Made by a program: the position numbers and the translations under genes
IMG/VR virus record: IMGVR_UViG_3300042468_000189
Source of the DNA: an uncultured virus (IMG/VR IMGVR_UViG_3300042468_000189)
Lineage: Duplodnaviria; Heunggongvirae; Uroviricota; Caudoviricetes
Length of the DNA: 64,000 nt
Reading direction: 5' to 3' (one strand)
In this document: piece after piece, positions 54,708 to 64,000 of the stretch
Position numbering within the stretch: the first letter of the stretch is position 1
Layout of the letters: each line of letters opens with the position of its first letter
Notes under the pieces: model-generated
The model's database searches: none
Seen by the model: the letters and a program-made list of their open reading frames with translations, nothing else
What the model was told of the DNA's origin: nothing

Positions 54708-57492
54708 CGGCAGGTACTATCATTTCCTCAACGTCGAGGAAGTTGCCGTTCGTGCAATCAAACACCAAGCAGTAGACAGGTGGCGCTGTGATCTTCATGC
54801 CCTTGGTGATGCGCTTAACTTCAGAATTAATCAGTACCTTGTCTTTCTCCAACTTGCGAGTAAGTTCCCTGTAAGTTATTTGAGCCTTGGCGCAGTCTGC
54901 TCTGAAGTGTTTAGCATTGATATACATCCGCTTGCTGTCTGGTTCGTATCGTATGTATAGCGGACCCTTGGGTTCTAAGATTGGTGCAGCGGACATCTGT
55001 GTGCGCGAGTCAACCTCTGCATTGACGACAAGGATGTTCTGCATGTGCCTACCGATATAGTCACCGATGACGCTTGCTACATTATCAAGTGGAGGTCGCA
55101 CATGCTGACGCAAAACATGGATCTGTTCAGTAACCCATACGTAAACGTTCCGCATGTTGAAGTCATGAAGCCCAAGCTCTTTGGCGATAAGTCCCCCTGC
55201 TATGTTGCAAGCAATGAGTGCCGACCAGAACCGCTCACGAGAAGTTAGTCTGACTTCCTTATCAATCTTGGCTTGAACTGAGCGCACCATGTTGATAACG
55301 TAATCTTTGTTGCTGACAAGGTAGGAGAAGTAGATGTCGGCGGCGTGACCGTAATTGCTCTCTAACTGCACATCAAACATCTGCTTGGCATACTGCTCAT
55401 CCAACCCGCTGCTATAAATCACATACTCAAAGACCCGCATCATCTCTCCGTCTACCGAGTCCCGTGCTATCTGTAGCTTGTCGTAAAGACTAGCGTTGGA
55501 AGTCATAATTTCTATAAGCTCCCACCGCTCGGTGTTTGATCTGAGTTGGTTGACGCTTGCTTGCGCTCGCTCTTTGTCACGGCCTTGAGTTACTTGGTAC
55601 AAGTGCGATCCGATGTCTTCAGCAGGAACCTTGGTAACTTCATCGTATGTGTGGCATATGTTATTAAAGATAGCAAGCTTGCGAGCTACTGCATTCTGCG
55701 TATCCTTCCACATCGACATAAGTTCCGTGGGTTTGCCGACCACACTATTAATAACACGAAGGATCGTTGATTTACCTGGGCCTGAGTCACCACTGATTAA
55801 GTTAATAGCAGCACCACGAATTCCAGTAAACTTTAGTAGGGGGCTACCGAATGCTGTTAACGCAGCATAAGCATAGGGTTCTAACCCCTCCTTACCGTAG
55901 ACGTTGAAGCATTCTTTCCATTTATCAAACTCACCTATTGCAACCATGTTTGGCGCAAACTGATCGGTGGATGCCGATGGGGGGCTGTAGTGGATGCCCG
56001 TTGCCGTTATCTCTCTATCGCCAACGATGAACTTACTGTCACCGTCGCACCATCCGAATTGTGTTCTCATCTTGTCAGCCTTTCTGCTCACTTGTAGTTC
56101 TTTAACGAATGTCATGATGTAGCCAAGCAGTAGTTCTTGTTGCTTAGCTGTTGCTGCTACCCCTTTTTCTGCTAGCGCCTCGCGCAGCTTTTCTTTAACG
56201 ACAACTGACGTAAGCGGTACAGAAAATTCTTTTACTCCATCCTGTGGTAGATGAAGTTTGAACACAACCATCTCGCCCTCAATCGGATGCACCATCCTTC
56301 GGACGACATAAAGATCGTGTTCGTACACAACCTGCGCGTCTTCCTCCTCCGAGATCGGACGTTTATAAACACCCCCTGCTTTACCCCGAAAATATGGGAA
56401 TGGGTATTCGGGTACGGAATGAACAATCGCAGGCTCATCGTCTTTTGCTTCTTCAATGATCTCGTTAGTTGTAGCTTCAGCAATCTCAAGCCCAAGCAAA
56501 ATAGGACTCTTGATCTTGCCTTTGTGTATGCACTCGTCACAACCGCCGGGGTTAAACTTTTCAAACGTAGCGCAACCGTATGGGCCTTTAATCCGATTAG
56601 CCTTCTTCTCGGTTTCGTCTGGATCGTACTGCTCGTAGTTTTTTGATATGGCGTGTATCGCCACATCTCTGTCTACGCAATACTGTGCAACTGAAAGCCC
56701 CGCCCTCCATATCGGCTCAGACATCTCCTGCTGATGCGTTGTTATGTACTTAATCTGATTACAACCAAAGTCACGATCTGTCTTAATCAGAATAGTCTTG
56801 AAGTGGAACTCGCGGTTATTGGCAAGTGACTTCGTTAGCTCATTGACTTGACGTGGTAGGAAGTCTGGTACTTCTTCCTTAAAAACTAGAACACCAAGAG
56901 TCTGCCTTAGCTCCTCAAAGTCAACTGGCTCGCCTGTATATAGCAGCGTTACATCAAGCGGGTCGTCTGGATCTTTGAGGTTCTTTGTATCTGGCAGACG
57001 CAGTATCCGCGCCTTATCTGCTGTGCATGCAGGGTCAGCACTGAGGAACCCTTCTTCACATAGTGCCTTCAACCTGTCCGCAGCGGGTTGCCATACAGCA
57101 GGTGCTACTGGGGTTTTGAATGTCCAGTATGCGTGTATGCCGCGCCCACTGTTGACAAGTGTCGGCCTTGGTAATGCGTTGTCCTTACAAAAAGTTTTGA
57201 GTGCCGCGATGCCTTGCGTTTGATCTTCATAAGGTTTGTCTGTTCCGCAATCTATATCTAACCAGAGTGCACGGAACTCTTTGGTGTTGTCTCCTGATCT
57301 TGTGGTTGGTTCCTTAAACGTAGCGCAGGCATAGTAAGCATCGAACCCATCGTCCACCAACTGCTGCCCCGCCTGTATAACTTCTTCAGCAGACTCAACA
57401 AATTTCTTGATGACTCGTTTGTTCTTTATACCTACTACACAGCGCCACCCCTCCGGTGCATGCACCGCAGATAACAACTCAAGCGCCGACAT
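54688..57492 (-). CDS. primase-helicase (RepB-like primase domain, DUF927, P-loop NTPase)
   Basis: 'LWLDID', 'NSGRGIHAYW', 'RILRLP.T.N'; Walker A GDSGPGKS, 'YDE'. Confidence 0.85.
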   Translation of the reverse strand: MSALELLSAVHAPEGWRCVVGIKNKRVIKKFVESAEEVIQAGQQLVDDGFDAYYACATFKEPTTRSGDNTKEFRALWLDIDCGTDKPYEDQTQGIAALKTFCKDNALPRPTLVNSGRGIHAYWTFKTPVAPAVWQPAADRLKALCEEGFLSADPACTADKARILRLPDTKNLKDPDDPLDVTLLYTGEPVDFEELRQTLGVLVFKEEVPDFLPRQVNELTKSLANNREFHFKTILIKTDRDFGCNQIKYITTHQQEMSEPIWRAGLSVAQYCVDRDVAIHAISKNYEQYDPDETEKKANRIKGPYGCATFEKFNPGGCDECIHKGKIKSPILLGLEIAEATTNEIIEEAKDDEPAIVHSVPEYPFPYFRGKAGGVYKRPISEEEDAQVVYEHDLYVVRRMVHPIEGEMVVFKLHLPQDGVKEFSVPLTSVVVKEKLREALAEKGVAATAKQQELLLGYIMTFVKELQVSRKADKMRTQFGWCDGDSKFIVGDREITATGIHYSPPSASTDQFAPNMVAIGEFDKWKECFNVYGKEGLEPYAYAALTAFGSPLLKFTGIRGAAINLISGDSGPGKSTILRVINSVVGKPTELMSMWKDTQNAVARKLAIFNNICHTYDEVTKVPAEDIGSHLYQVTQGRDKERAQASVNQLRSNTERWELIEIMTSNASLYDKLQIARDSVDGEMMRVFEYVIYSSGLDEQYAKQMFDVQLESNYGHAADIYFSYLVSNKDYVINMVRSVQAKIDKEVRLTSRERFWSALIACNIAGGLIAKELGLHDFNMRNVYVWVTEQIHVLRQHVRPPLDNVASVIGDYIGRHMQNILVVNAEVDSRTQMSAAPILEPKGPLYIRYEPDSKRMYINAKHFRADCAKAQITYRELTRKLEKDKVLINSEVKRITKGMKITAPPVYCLVFDCTNGNFLDVEEMIVPADASTPS

Positions 57493-57514
57493 TTTGCAAA
57501 TCCTCCGGCAAGCA

Positions 57515-57742
57515 TTACCGATAGCTGCTGATAAAACGACTCATCAGATCCCTGTAGATTGGACGTACCTCAGTGCCTCTAAACCAGTTGTAGACTGTCT
57601 GCCTACTGACACTGAAGTACGCCGCAACGTCGGCTACAGAAATGTTGTGCTTGATGCACACCCTACCCAATAAGACTCCGAGTTTCCGCTTGTCCGCAGC
57701 TTTGTTGTCACTGATAAGCTGTTGACTGTAGCCGATAGCCAT
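57515..57742 (-). CDS. XRE-type HTH protein
   Basis: 'SVADVAAYFSVSRQTVYNWF.G'. Confidence 0.8.
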   Translation of the reverse strand: MAIGYSQQLISDNKAADKRKLGVLLGRVCIKHNISVADVAAYFSVSRQTVYNWFRGTEVRPIYRDLMSRFISSYR

Positions 57743-57743
57743 T

Positions 57744-58625
57744 TTAGTTATCGTCGCCCCAAGCATCGAGAACCGCTGTCAGGTCTCGCTTCTTTTCAGG
57801 TTCAGCTTCAGCCTTCTTGCTTGGACGCTTCACCGGCTCTTCGATCTCTTCAACTACTGGCTTAGCAGCAGGTTTAGCGGCAGGCTTAGCTTCAGCTTTG
57901 GGTAACGCTTTAACATTGTCAGTCTGCGCCACGGTAGAAGAAAGCATGCGCTGTGCCTCTGGCGAATTACCACCTTCGATAGCTGCATCGTACTGCTCAC
58001 GGTTCACGTAACCAACTGCACGGAACTTAAGCACGGGCACATCACTATCACCATCGAACGACATGCGAGTTACGACCATGTTGATGTTCTTGCCATTACC
58101 TGCGATGTACTTAGCGTACTGATCAAAGCCCATCGAATCCATATCACCCTTGGCGAAGATCGATTGCGAAGGCAGCGTCAATTGGAACAACCCATTAGTC
58201 GGATCGTTTGCAAGCACAACTGCAAGACGCTTTTGATAGCGGCAAGCACGAGTGCCGTTAGACCCAGACCCTGCGATATTCTGAGGGCAGTTAGCGCACG
58301 TATCAGCTTGGCGATTCTCAGCCTTGGGGTGCGGTGTTACACCATCATCAGACCAACAATCAGGAGGAGTAATATCCTTGGGGTTATAAGCTTTAGCATA
58401 GAAGATGCGCGAGTTCTCTTTGCGACCTGCTGCAACAACTACGTCAAGCTCAGGCTTGTCAGTCTTTGATACTTCTTCGCCGTTAATCACAAGACGGAAA
58501 CGACCGCCCCTGATAGAGATACGACGGTTCTGTGTGCCACCTGCTAGCGCCTTGGTTAGTTCATCGACTTCGGTATTCTTAAGGAAGTCGGGAAGGTCTT
58601 GTTGGAATACAGTTACGTTAGACAT
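57744..58625 (-). CDS. putative single-stranded DNA-binding protein
   Basis: Replication module; PDCWS..CANCPQN..CR zinc motif, acidic C-terminus ending WGDDN; start ATG 58625. Confidence 0.55.
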   Translation of the reverse strand: MSNVTVFQQDLPDFLKNTEVDELTKALAGGTQNRRISIRGGRFRLVINGEEVSKTDKPELDVVVAAGRKENSRIFYAKAYNPKDITPPDCWSDDGVTPHPKAENRQADTCANCPQNIAGSGSNGTRACRYQKRLAVVLANDPTNGLFQLTLPSQSIFAKGDMDSMGFDQYAKYIAGNGKNINMVVTRMSFDGDSDVPVLKFRAVGYVNREQYDAAIEGGNSPEAQRMLSSTVAQTDNVKALPKAEAKPAAKPAAKPVVEEIEEPVKRPSKKAEAEPEKKRDLTAVLDAWGDDN

Positions 58626-58638
58626 AGGTTCCTCTTGG

Positions 58639-59073
58639 TTACTTACTACGACGGACAACAATGCTGTACCGACTATCGGTGTTCAGACCCATCGGTAACA
58701 AGTTGGGGTTTTCCTCGATGAATTGCTTCATGTTGGTTTGATGAATGCGCCGTTCTAATAAACCAAACGCATCGTGTTCACGTACAAAGCTGTACATAGA
58801 ATCCCAATCGTTAGTCCAGTAACGGTTCTTCACACTACGAATCACAGTACCTGCTGCTGTGCGGATACTGTCAGCACCTATTGATTTGCAAGCTTCAAGA
58901 AGTTGCTCTTCGATCACGTCCATCTGTTCTTGAAGCTCAACATCCTTCGCTTCGTAGTCAGACTTCAGCTTCGCTCGCGCATCTCGAATCTTGATATAGA
59001 TGCCTGCTAATTTGTCCACAGGGACAGATTGCTTTTCTTCAGGGGACACAAGGTCTTGGATGCCCTCATCCAT
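58639..59073 (-). CDS. conserved replication-module hypothetical protein
   Basis: 'YIKIRD..SIRT..GT..DWDS.Y.F'. Confidence 0.7.
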   Translation of the reverse strand: MDEGIQDLVSPEEKQSVPVDKLAGIYIKIRDARAKLKSDYEAKDVELQEQMDVIEEQLLEACKSIGADSIRTAAGTVIRSVKNRYWTNDWDSMYSFVREHDAFGLLERRIHQTNMKQFIEENPNLLPMGLNTDSRYSIVVRRSK

Positions 59074-59129
59074 GCTACGCTCCTTTAAGTTATTTTGTGG
59101 GTTAACTGTAAATCATAAAGTTGACTTTG

Positions 59130-60686
59130 TCAAGTTTCTTTAAGCTCTTGACCGTACAAGTCAACGATACGGGAATGCACATCGATATTATTTTTGAGCA
59201 TTTCGTAAAGCTTGCGCTCCACTGGACTGCCTGATATGTGCACCACCGTCATTGTGTTCTTCTGTCCGGGCCTATTGATGCGAGCGTTTGCTTGCAGATA
59301 AGTTTCTACAGAAGTCACAGGCGCATACCATATCACCACGTTAGCAGCAGTCAGCGTTAGCCCATGCGATGCCGCTTGTGGTTGAATGATAAGCACTTTA
59401 GGGTCAGGCTGCTCTTGGAAGTTCTTGATGATTGCAGCCCTGCGATTAACTGTTACTGATCCGTTGATAACGTCAGACGTTATGCCCGCCTTGGTTAGAT
59501 GATTGTTGAGCAACTCGATGGTATGCGTGAACGGTACAAATACTAAAACTTTATGGCTAGCCTCTTCGATAACTTCCTCGATGACCTGCAAGCGATTAGC
59601 TACATCAAACTCTATAACTTCCCTAGTGTCCGTATAGACCGCGCCACCAGAAATCTGTAGCAACTTGTTCAAGCTTGTGGCTGCATTCGGAGAAGTAACT
59701 TCTTCGCCACCGGCTGAGATCATCATCTGGTCTTTGAGGATCTTGTAATACTTGCGCTGCTGCGGAGTCAGGGGTGCATCTCGTTCTACGTACATAAGAT
59801 CAGGCAGATCGATACAATCTTTTTTCTCAAACCTGATTGCAGGTTGCAGCACTTGATGCACGACATTCTCTGCATTCGGTCTGGGTATCCACCTGAACTG
59901 ACTGACCTTCTGCATCACCTTGTCACGGAACGAACCAAGGAACTTAGGCGTGTTGTCTGGGTTGACTAGCTTTGCTAATCCGTAAGCATCAACAGGCGAT
60001 TGCGCGGCTGGTGTGCCTGTCAACATCCATAACCACTTGGCACGATCCGACACACGCTTCATAACTTTCCAACGTCTGGTCGATACATTCTTATAAGCGT
60101 TGGCTTCATCGACAACAATCAAATCAAACTTACCGTCGGCAGTGACTGCGTCTTCGATGATCTCAACACCTTCAAAGTTTGTTATGACAAACTCAGCACA
60201 GCTACCTACTATCTTGACCCGTTGCGCTGCCGATCCGTAGGCTACGTTGCATGTGCGGTGTACAGCAAACTTAAAGAGATCCTCTTGCCATGCTGACTTC
60301 ATGATAGACAGAGGGCAGACCACCAACACGCGACGCACAAGCCCTAGCTTCATTAAGTAATCAGCAGACCATATAACGGATGCTGTCTTACCCGTGCCTT
60401 GCTCGTTGAAGCAGAACGCCCTGCGGTTTAATGTTAAGAACTCTGCTGTAGTCTTTTGGTGATTGAATGGCGTGAACTGCCCAGGCCAATCGTATTTCTT
60501 TGATATAGGAGATGGAACACCTTTTATGAATTGATTAAGAAGCTGAGCTTCGTTTAGCCCCCACTTAACCGCAACCTCGTACACCCCATCTTCCTGCCCT
60601 ACCACCTTGCTCTTTTCTATGGCTGCTGTTATTCGGTCAGGATATTTAGTCCTGACCAGTAGCGCCCTGTTATCGATCACTTCCAT
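59130..60686 (-). CDS. SNF2-family SF2 helicase
   Basis: EQGTGKT, VVDEA, LTGTP, GLTLTAA, QANARINRPGQ. Confidence 0.92.
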   Translation of the reverse strand: MEVIDNRALLVRTKYPDRITAAIEKSKVVGQEDGVYEVAVKWGLNEAQLLNQFIKGVPSPISKKYDWPGQFTPFNHQKTTAEFLTLNRRAFCFNEQGTGKTASVIWSADYLMKLGLVRRVLVVCPLSIMKSAWQEDLFKFAVHRTCNVAYGSAAQRVKIVGSCAEFVITNFEGVEIIEDAVTADGKFDLIVVDEANAYKNVSTRRWKVMKRVSDRAKWLWMLTGTPAAQSPVDAYGLAKLVNPDNTPKFLGSFRDKVMQKVSQFRWIPRPNAENVVHQVLQPAIRFEKKDCIDLPDLMYVERDAPLTPQQRKYYKILKDQMMISAGGEEVTSPNAATSLNKLLQISGGAVYTDTREVIEFDVANRLQVIEEVIEEASHKVLVFVPFTHTIELLNNHLTKAGITSDVINGSVTVNRRAAIIKNFQEQPDPKVLIIQPQAASHGLTLTAANVVIWYAPVTSVETYLQANARINRPGQKNTMTVVHISGSPVERKLYEMLKNNIDVHSRIVDLYGQELKET

Positions 60687-60687
60687 G

Positions 60688-60981
60688 CTAGTCGTTACGC
60701 TTTATTGTGTGGTTGCTGTTGCGACTGAATGATCGGTTGGCACTTGCGGATGTGATGCGTAGGTTTTTCTTGCTGTTGCCACCGCCCCTCGTGATCGGGC
60801 GTTTATGGTCTATGTCTTTACCCTCGCGCACATCGGCTTTACCGTTGCCGTTAGCGTCTTTACCTTTGCGATCAATCAGATCCCTTGCTCTCTCGCGCAC
60901 CCTGCGCTCGTCTTTCTCTCCTCGTGCTAGTTGTTGTTGATATTCTTTTTTGTACGGTCTAGGTTTGTTAACATAAGGCAT
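60688..60981 (-). CDS. small HNH-like protein
   Basis: Start ATG 60981 MPYVNKPRPYKKEY; 'DIDHKRP..GGGN...NLR...N'. Confidence 0.75.
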   Translation of the reverse strand: MPYVNKPRPYKKEYQQQLARGEKDERRVRERARDLIDRKGKDANGNGKADVREGKDIDHKRPITRGGGNSKKNLRITSASANRSFSRNSNHTIKRND

Positions 60982-61663
60982 GATCAGTTCCTTTCGGATT
61001 GTGCTCACAACTAACCACTGGACAGAATCTGCATAACCCACTTGTTATCGGGTTCCACGTATCGTTCTCAAGTGCTGCTTCTAACCTAGACAACTGCTGA
61101 ATCTGTGGCTCCAGATACTCAAGCTTCATATCTACCGTGTGCTTTTTCTGGATAAACTCTTTGCTAACTACAAACAGTAACGCAGACTTAACGGTGTGGA
61201 TCTTGGGGAAGTGGATAAAGGTCGCCGCTGCCAATACGTCTAGCTGCTGCGTGTCTGCAAACTTTGCATTCTTTCCGGTCTTGTAGTCAACAAGGTGCGC
61301 TACGCCTTTGTCCTCGTTGATGATCAGTAAGTCTGCTATACCCCTCCACCAAAACCCTTTTGTATTAAACCCGCAGGGGGAGAGCGAGTCTCCCTCCTTC
61401 ATCAACCCCATCTCGTACTCGCAATGTTTTGTGCCTTCGATCCTTACCAGAGAGTCAAGCATCCCCTGAATAAAACCAAACCGCTCTGGTATAGGCACAC
61501 CATCTTTGATGTAGTCCTCCGCTGCTTTGTGTAGCTCCTTGCCGTACAAGGTTGCTTCACTGCCTGAGTCCCGTACATCCTTCTTAATCTTAAGATGGTA
61601 ATACTTACGTGGGCATTGCTGGAATGTTTTGAGACTGCTGTACGACCAACTGATATTGCTCAT
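60968..61663 (-). CDS. PD-(D/E)xK exonuclease, Cas4/RecB-like
   Basis: 'F.QCPRKY', 'GIADL', 'DYKTG', C-terminal CRFCP...C. Confidence 0.88.
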   Translation of the reverse strand: MSNISWSYSSLKTFQQCPRKYYHLKIKKDVRDSGSEATLYGKELHKAAEDYIKDGVPIPERFGFIQGMLDSLVRIEGTKHCEYEMGLMKEGDSLSPCGFNTKGFWWRGIADLLIINEDKGVAHLVDYKTGKNAKFADTQQLDVLAAATFIHFPKIHTVKSALLFVVSKEFIQKKHTVDMKLEYLEPQIQQLSRLEAALENDTWNPITSGLCRFCPVVSCEHNPKGTDHALC

Positions 61664-61865
61664 CGTTCTCGTGGGCTATTTTGATACTGTTATTGAGCAG
61701 CCGTACCTCTGTGGATAGCAGGGGACAAAGCTCTACGGCTTCCTGAAACCTCCTATTAAGCAACAGATTTTTCAATTCCGCAAGTAGCTTTTCAACCTTG
61801 ATAGCGTTCTCAGAATAGTCAACAAAATCAACAACTTCCATAAGTTTCCCCATAGCCTGCTTCAC
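61605..61865 (-). CDS. hypothetical protein
   Basis: ORF bridging polymerase and exonuclease; start uncertain. Confidence 0.5.
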   Translation of the reverse strand: MKQAMGKLMEVVDFVDYSENAIKVEKLLAELKNLLLNRRFQEAVELCPLLSTEVRLLNNSIKIAHENDEQYQLVVQQSQNIPAMPT

Positions 61866-63654
61866 AGTTTAACGGTAGCTCTTCACACCAATCGGGCCGC
61901 ATCTTCATGCACTGTTCAACGAAACCTTTAGCGACCTCTGCCTCTTCCTTTGGTGCTACACAAGCAATGGCATCATGCACGGTCATAACCACACGATACC
62001 GCCTAGCGATCAGCAACATCTGCTCGCCAATGATGATTCTAGCCAAAGCTTGGCAGACATTCTCCGTTACCTTCCCACCGTATATGCGGTTAGGAATAAC
62101 CGCTTTACCTTTCCTGGTGTCGTACACAAACTCTTCTTTACCCTCCGGCGTAACCTGAATCCGCAGGTTGGGATACTTGAGGTATAACCCATTAGGTAGC
62201 CTGATACCGTTCTCACCCTCTGCATATATCTTGGGCTTGTCTTCCGGCAGTCCTGCTCTCTGCCCTATCAAGATAGCCACAAGTGCTTTCTGACAGTCCT
62301 TCCACAGCAGGGGGATGCGGGGGTAAGTCTCCCTGTACACCGAGATGATGCGCTGCGCTTCTTCCTCTGCGATAGTTACGCCAAAGTTCTTAAGCTGAGC
62401 TTGGAACTTCTTAGCCCCCATACCGTACCCACTGCCAAGGATTGTGGTCTTACCCACGAACCGCTCGTCCTTGGTTATATCTTCCACTGGCTTGTTGTAG
62501 ATAGCACTAGCCATGATGCGGTACACATCTTCCCCACGCTCGAATGCTTGCACCAAGTCCCACTGCCCTGCTAGCCAAGCTAGTGTCCGCGCTTCGATCT
62601 GCGAGGAGTCCGAGTCAATCATCACGTAGCCTTGCGGTGCACGGATGGCATGTTTAAGAGGGGACTGTCGTGGTAGGTTCTGTAGGTTAAGGTTGTCTGT
62701 GCCACCCCACCTGCCTGTATGTGCGGCGTAATACTTCAACGGCACAGGCATCTTCCCGCGCTCTGCGATGTTTATGAACCGTTCAGTCCTCGTTTCTTCA
62801 AGCGTTGACTTAGTACCTAGCCGCGCAGCAACAAGTGCCTGCACTTCAGGGTTAGGGTGTTCTGCCAGCGCCTTAAATTCTTCGTCATTCTTAGCTAGTG
62901 CTAAGGTCTCACGCCCCGTGGTGGGACTAATTTTTGTAGGGGGTGTTACCCCAAGGCTTGTTAGCACATCTGCGAACTGAGGGTTGCTCATCAGTGTTGC
63001 TTTATCCACCGTGACCTTGGCTAACAGATCCTCTTTCTTTTTCTGCACCGCCGCTAGGTGTTCAGTTAGTGCAACCTTGTCAAGCACAAGCACAGGTTCC
63101 GAATACATCTTGATCGTCAGATCGATCAACCGCAGTTCTATTTGGGGAAAACCTTTTAACAGACACTGCAACAAGTCATAGGTCAGGTTAACATCGTTGA
63201 CGCAATACTCGCCGTATCTTGCAAGTTCCTCTTCTGAGAAATCTAGTCTGCGCTTACCTAGCGCGTTGATTACTTCCGTGCCTTTGACCCCCAGTTGGTA
63301 GTGCTTCGCCAACGTCGCCAAGCTACCACCCACTTCTGTGCCGTGTACCGCCCTCGCCATACTGAGTGTATCAATCCATCCACGAGGCTTAATGCCAAAA
63401 TACCAAGTAAGAATAGCGGCATCAAACATAGCATTGTGAGCAACCGCAAGAGACTCACGCCAGTTGAACCGTTGTAGGAATTGTTTTGTTTGTTCATACG
63501 TACCACTAAACCATTCAGTGTCTTCATCACCAACTTTAACGGCTACTCCAATCACTTCAAAGTGCGGACTGCGTATGTACTCCTCCGTTGTTATTTTAGT
63601 TAGAGAGAAATCACGACTGTAATAAGTCTCGAAATCAATAGTTAGTATGCTCAT
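61828..63654 (-). CDS. polA: DNA polymerase, family A, with 3'-5' exonuclease
   Basis: Exo DFET, HNAMFD, Y..ND; motif A DSSQIEAR, motif B KTTILGSGYG, motif C VHD. Confidence 0.95.
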   Translation of the reverse strand: MSILTIDFETYYSRDFSLTKITTEEYIRSPHFEVIGVAVKVGDEDTEWFSGTYEQTKQFLQRFNWRESLAVAHNAMFDAAILTWYFGIKPRGWIDTLSMARAVHGTEVGGSLATLAKHYQLGVKGTEVINALGKRRLDFSEEELARYGEYCVNDVNLTYDLLQCLLKGFPQIELRLIDLTIKMYSEPVLVLDKVALTEHLAAVQKKKEDLLAKVTVDKATLMSNPQFADVLTSLGVTPPTKISPTTGRETLALAKNDEEFKALAEHPNPEVQALVAARLGTKSTLEETRTERFINIAERGKMPVPLKYYAAHTGRWGGTDNLNLQNLPRQSPLKHAIRAPQGYVMIDSDSSQIEARTLAWLAGQWDLVQAFERGEDVYRIMASAIYNKPVEDITKDERFVGKTTILGSGYGMGAKKFQAQLKNFGVTIAEEEAQRIISVYRETYPRIPLLWKDCQKALVAILIGQRAGLPEDKPKIYAEGENGIRLPNGLYLKYPNLRIQVTPEGKEEFVYDTRKGKAVIPNRIYGGKVTENVCQALARIIIGEQMLLIARRYRVVMTVHDAIACVAPKEEAEVAKGFVEQCMKMRPDWCEELPLNCEAGYGETYGSC

Positions 63655-63947
63655 GTACGCAGTATCTCTTTGATGGTTGTGTGTAGCCCGTCGATGTTAT
63701 CTTCGTTGACTACGAATGCCACACCCTTAGCCTTTTGTATTCGTTCTATCTCTCGTAGCTGTAGGACGGTGGGCTTGTTTGTTCCTGCTTTGCACTCGAT
63801 AGCAAGGAAGTAGCCTCGGATACAACATATGATGTCAGGTACACCTGAACGGCCATAACCATGAGTAGCAGGGAAGAAGTAATAAATTTCATACTGCTTC
63901 AGTAGCTCTGTTACTTTCTTCTTGACCTTGTGTTCCTTGGTGTCCAT
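63651..63947 (-). CDS. VRR-NUC domain nuclease
   Basis: 'E..VK', 'GVPDII', 'IECKA', 'PT.LQ'. Confidence 0.88.
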   Translation of the reverse strand: MDTKEHKVKKKVTELLKQYEIYYFFPATHGYGRSGVPDIICCIRGYFLAIECKAGTNKPTVLQLREIERIQKAKGVAFVVNEDNIDGLHTTIKEILRT

Positions 63948-64000
63948 GAGTTCTTTCCTTTACGTATTCAATCAATGCGTTACGCATACGTATGTAGCAT

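Noticed and set aside
60968..61663. Cas4-like nuclease as adaptation module for the array
   Set aside because: It sits in an ordinary replication operon between Pol A and SNF2 helicase, far from the RAMP locus; such exonucleases are routine in phages.

Overview
The whole window is tailed dsDNA phage sequence (probably podovirus-like; it may cover most of a circularly permuted genome). It has three blocks. (i) 1-14.4 kb, minus strand: an early/accessory arm of small paralogous ORFs plus an AAA ATPase / vWA-metallopeptidase module. (ii) 15.1-54.4 kb, plus strand: terminases, portal, GroES, scaffold, major capsid protein, basic 'xxxGG' mini-proteins, tail genes, lysis genes and large internal virion proteins. 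(iii) 54.5-64 kb, minus strand: primase-helicase, SNF2 helicase, Cas4-like exonuclease, family A DNA polymerase and VRR-NUC. No integrase, tRNA, rRNA or canonical CRISPR array was seen. The standout feature is at 4648-6520 (minus). A stand-alone RAMP/Cas7-like gene and a 154-aa partner gene are followed directly by a 632-bp non-coding array. The array has 12 units, each opened by GGCAGGY and built from pentamers of form GGY-NN with variable NN. It looks like a compact, non-CRISPR, RNA-guided phage system. All calls come from reading motifs by eye; no database searches were run.
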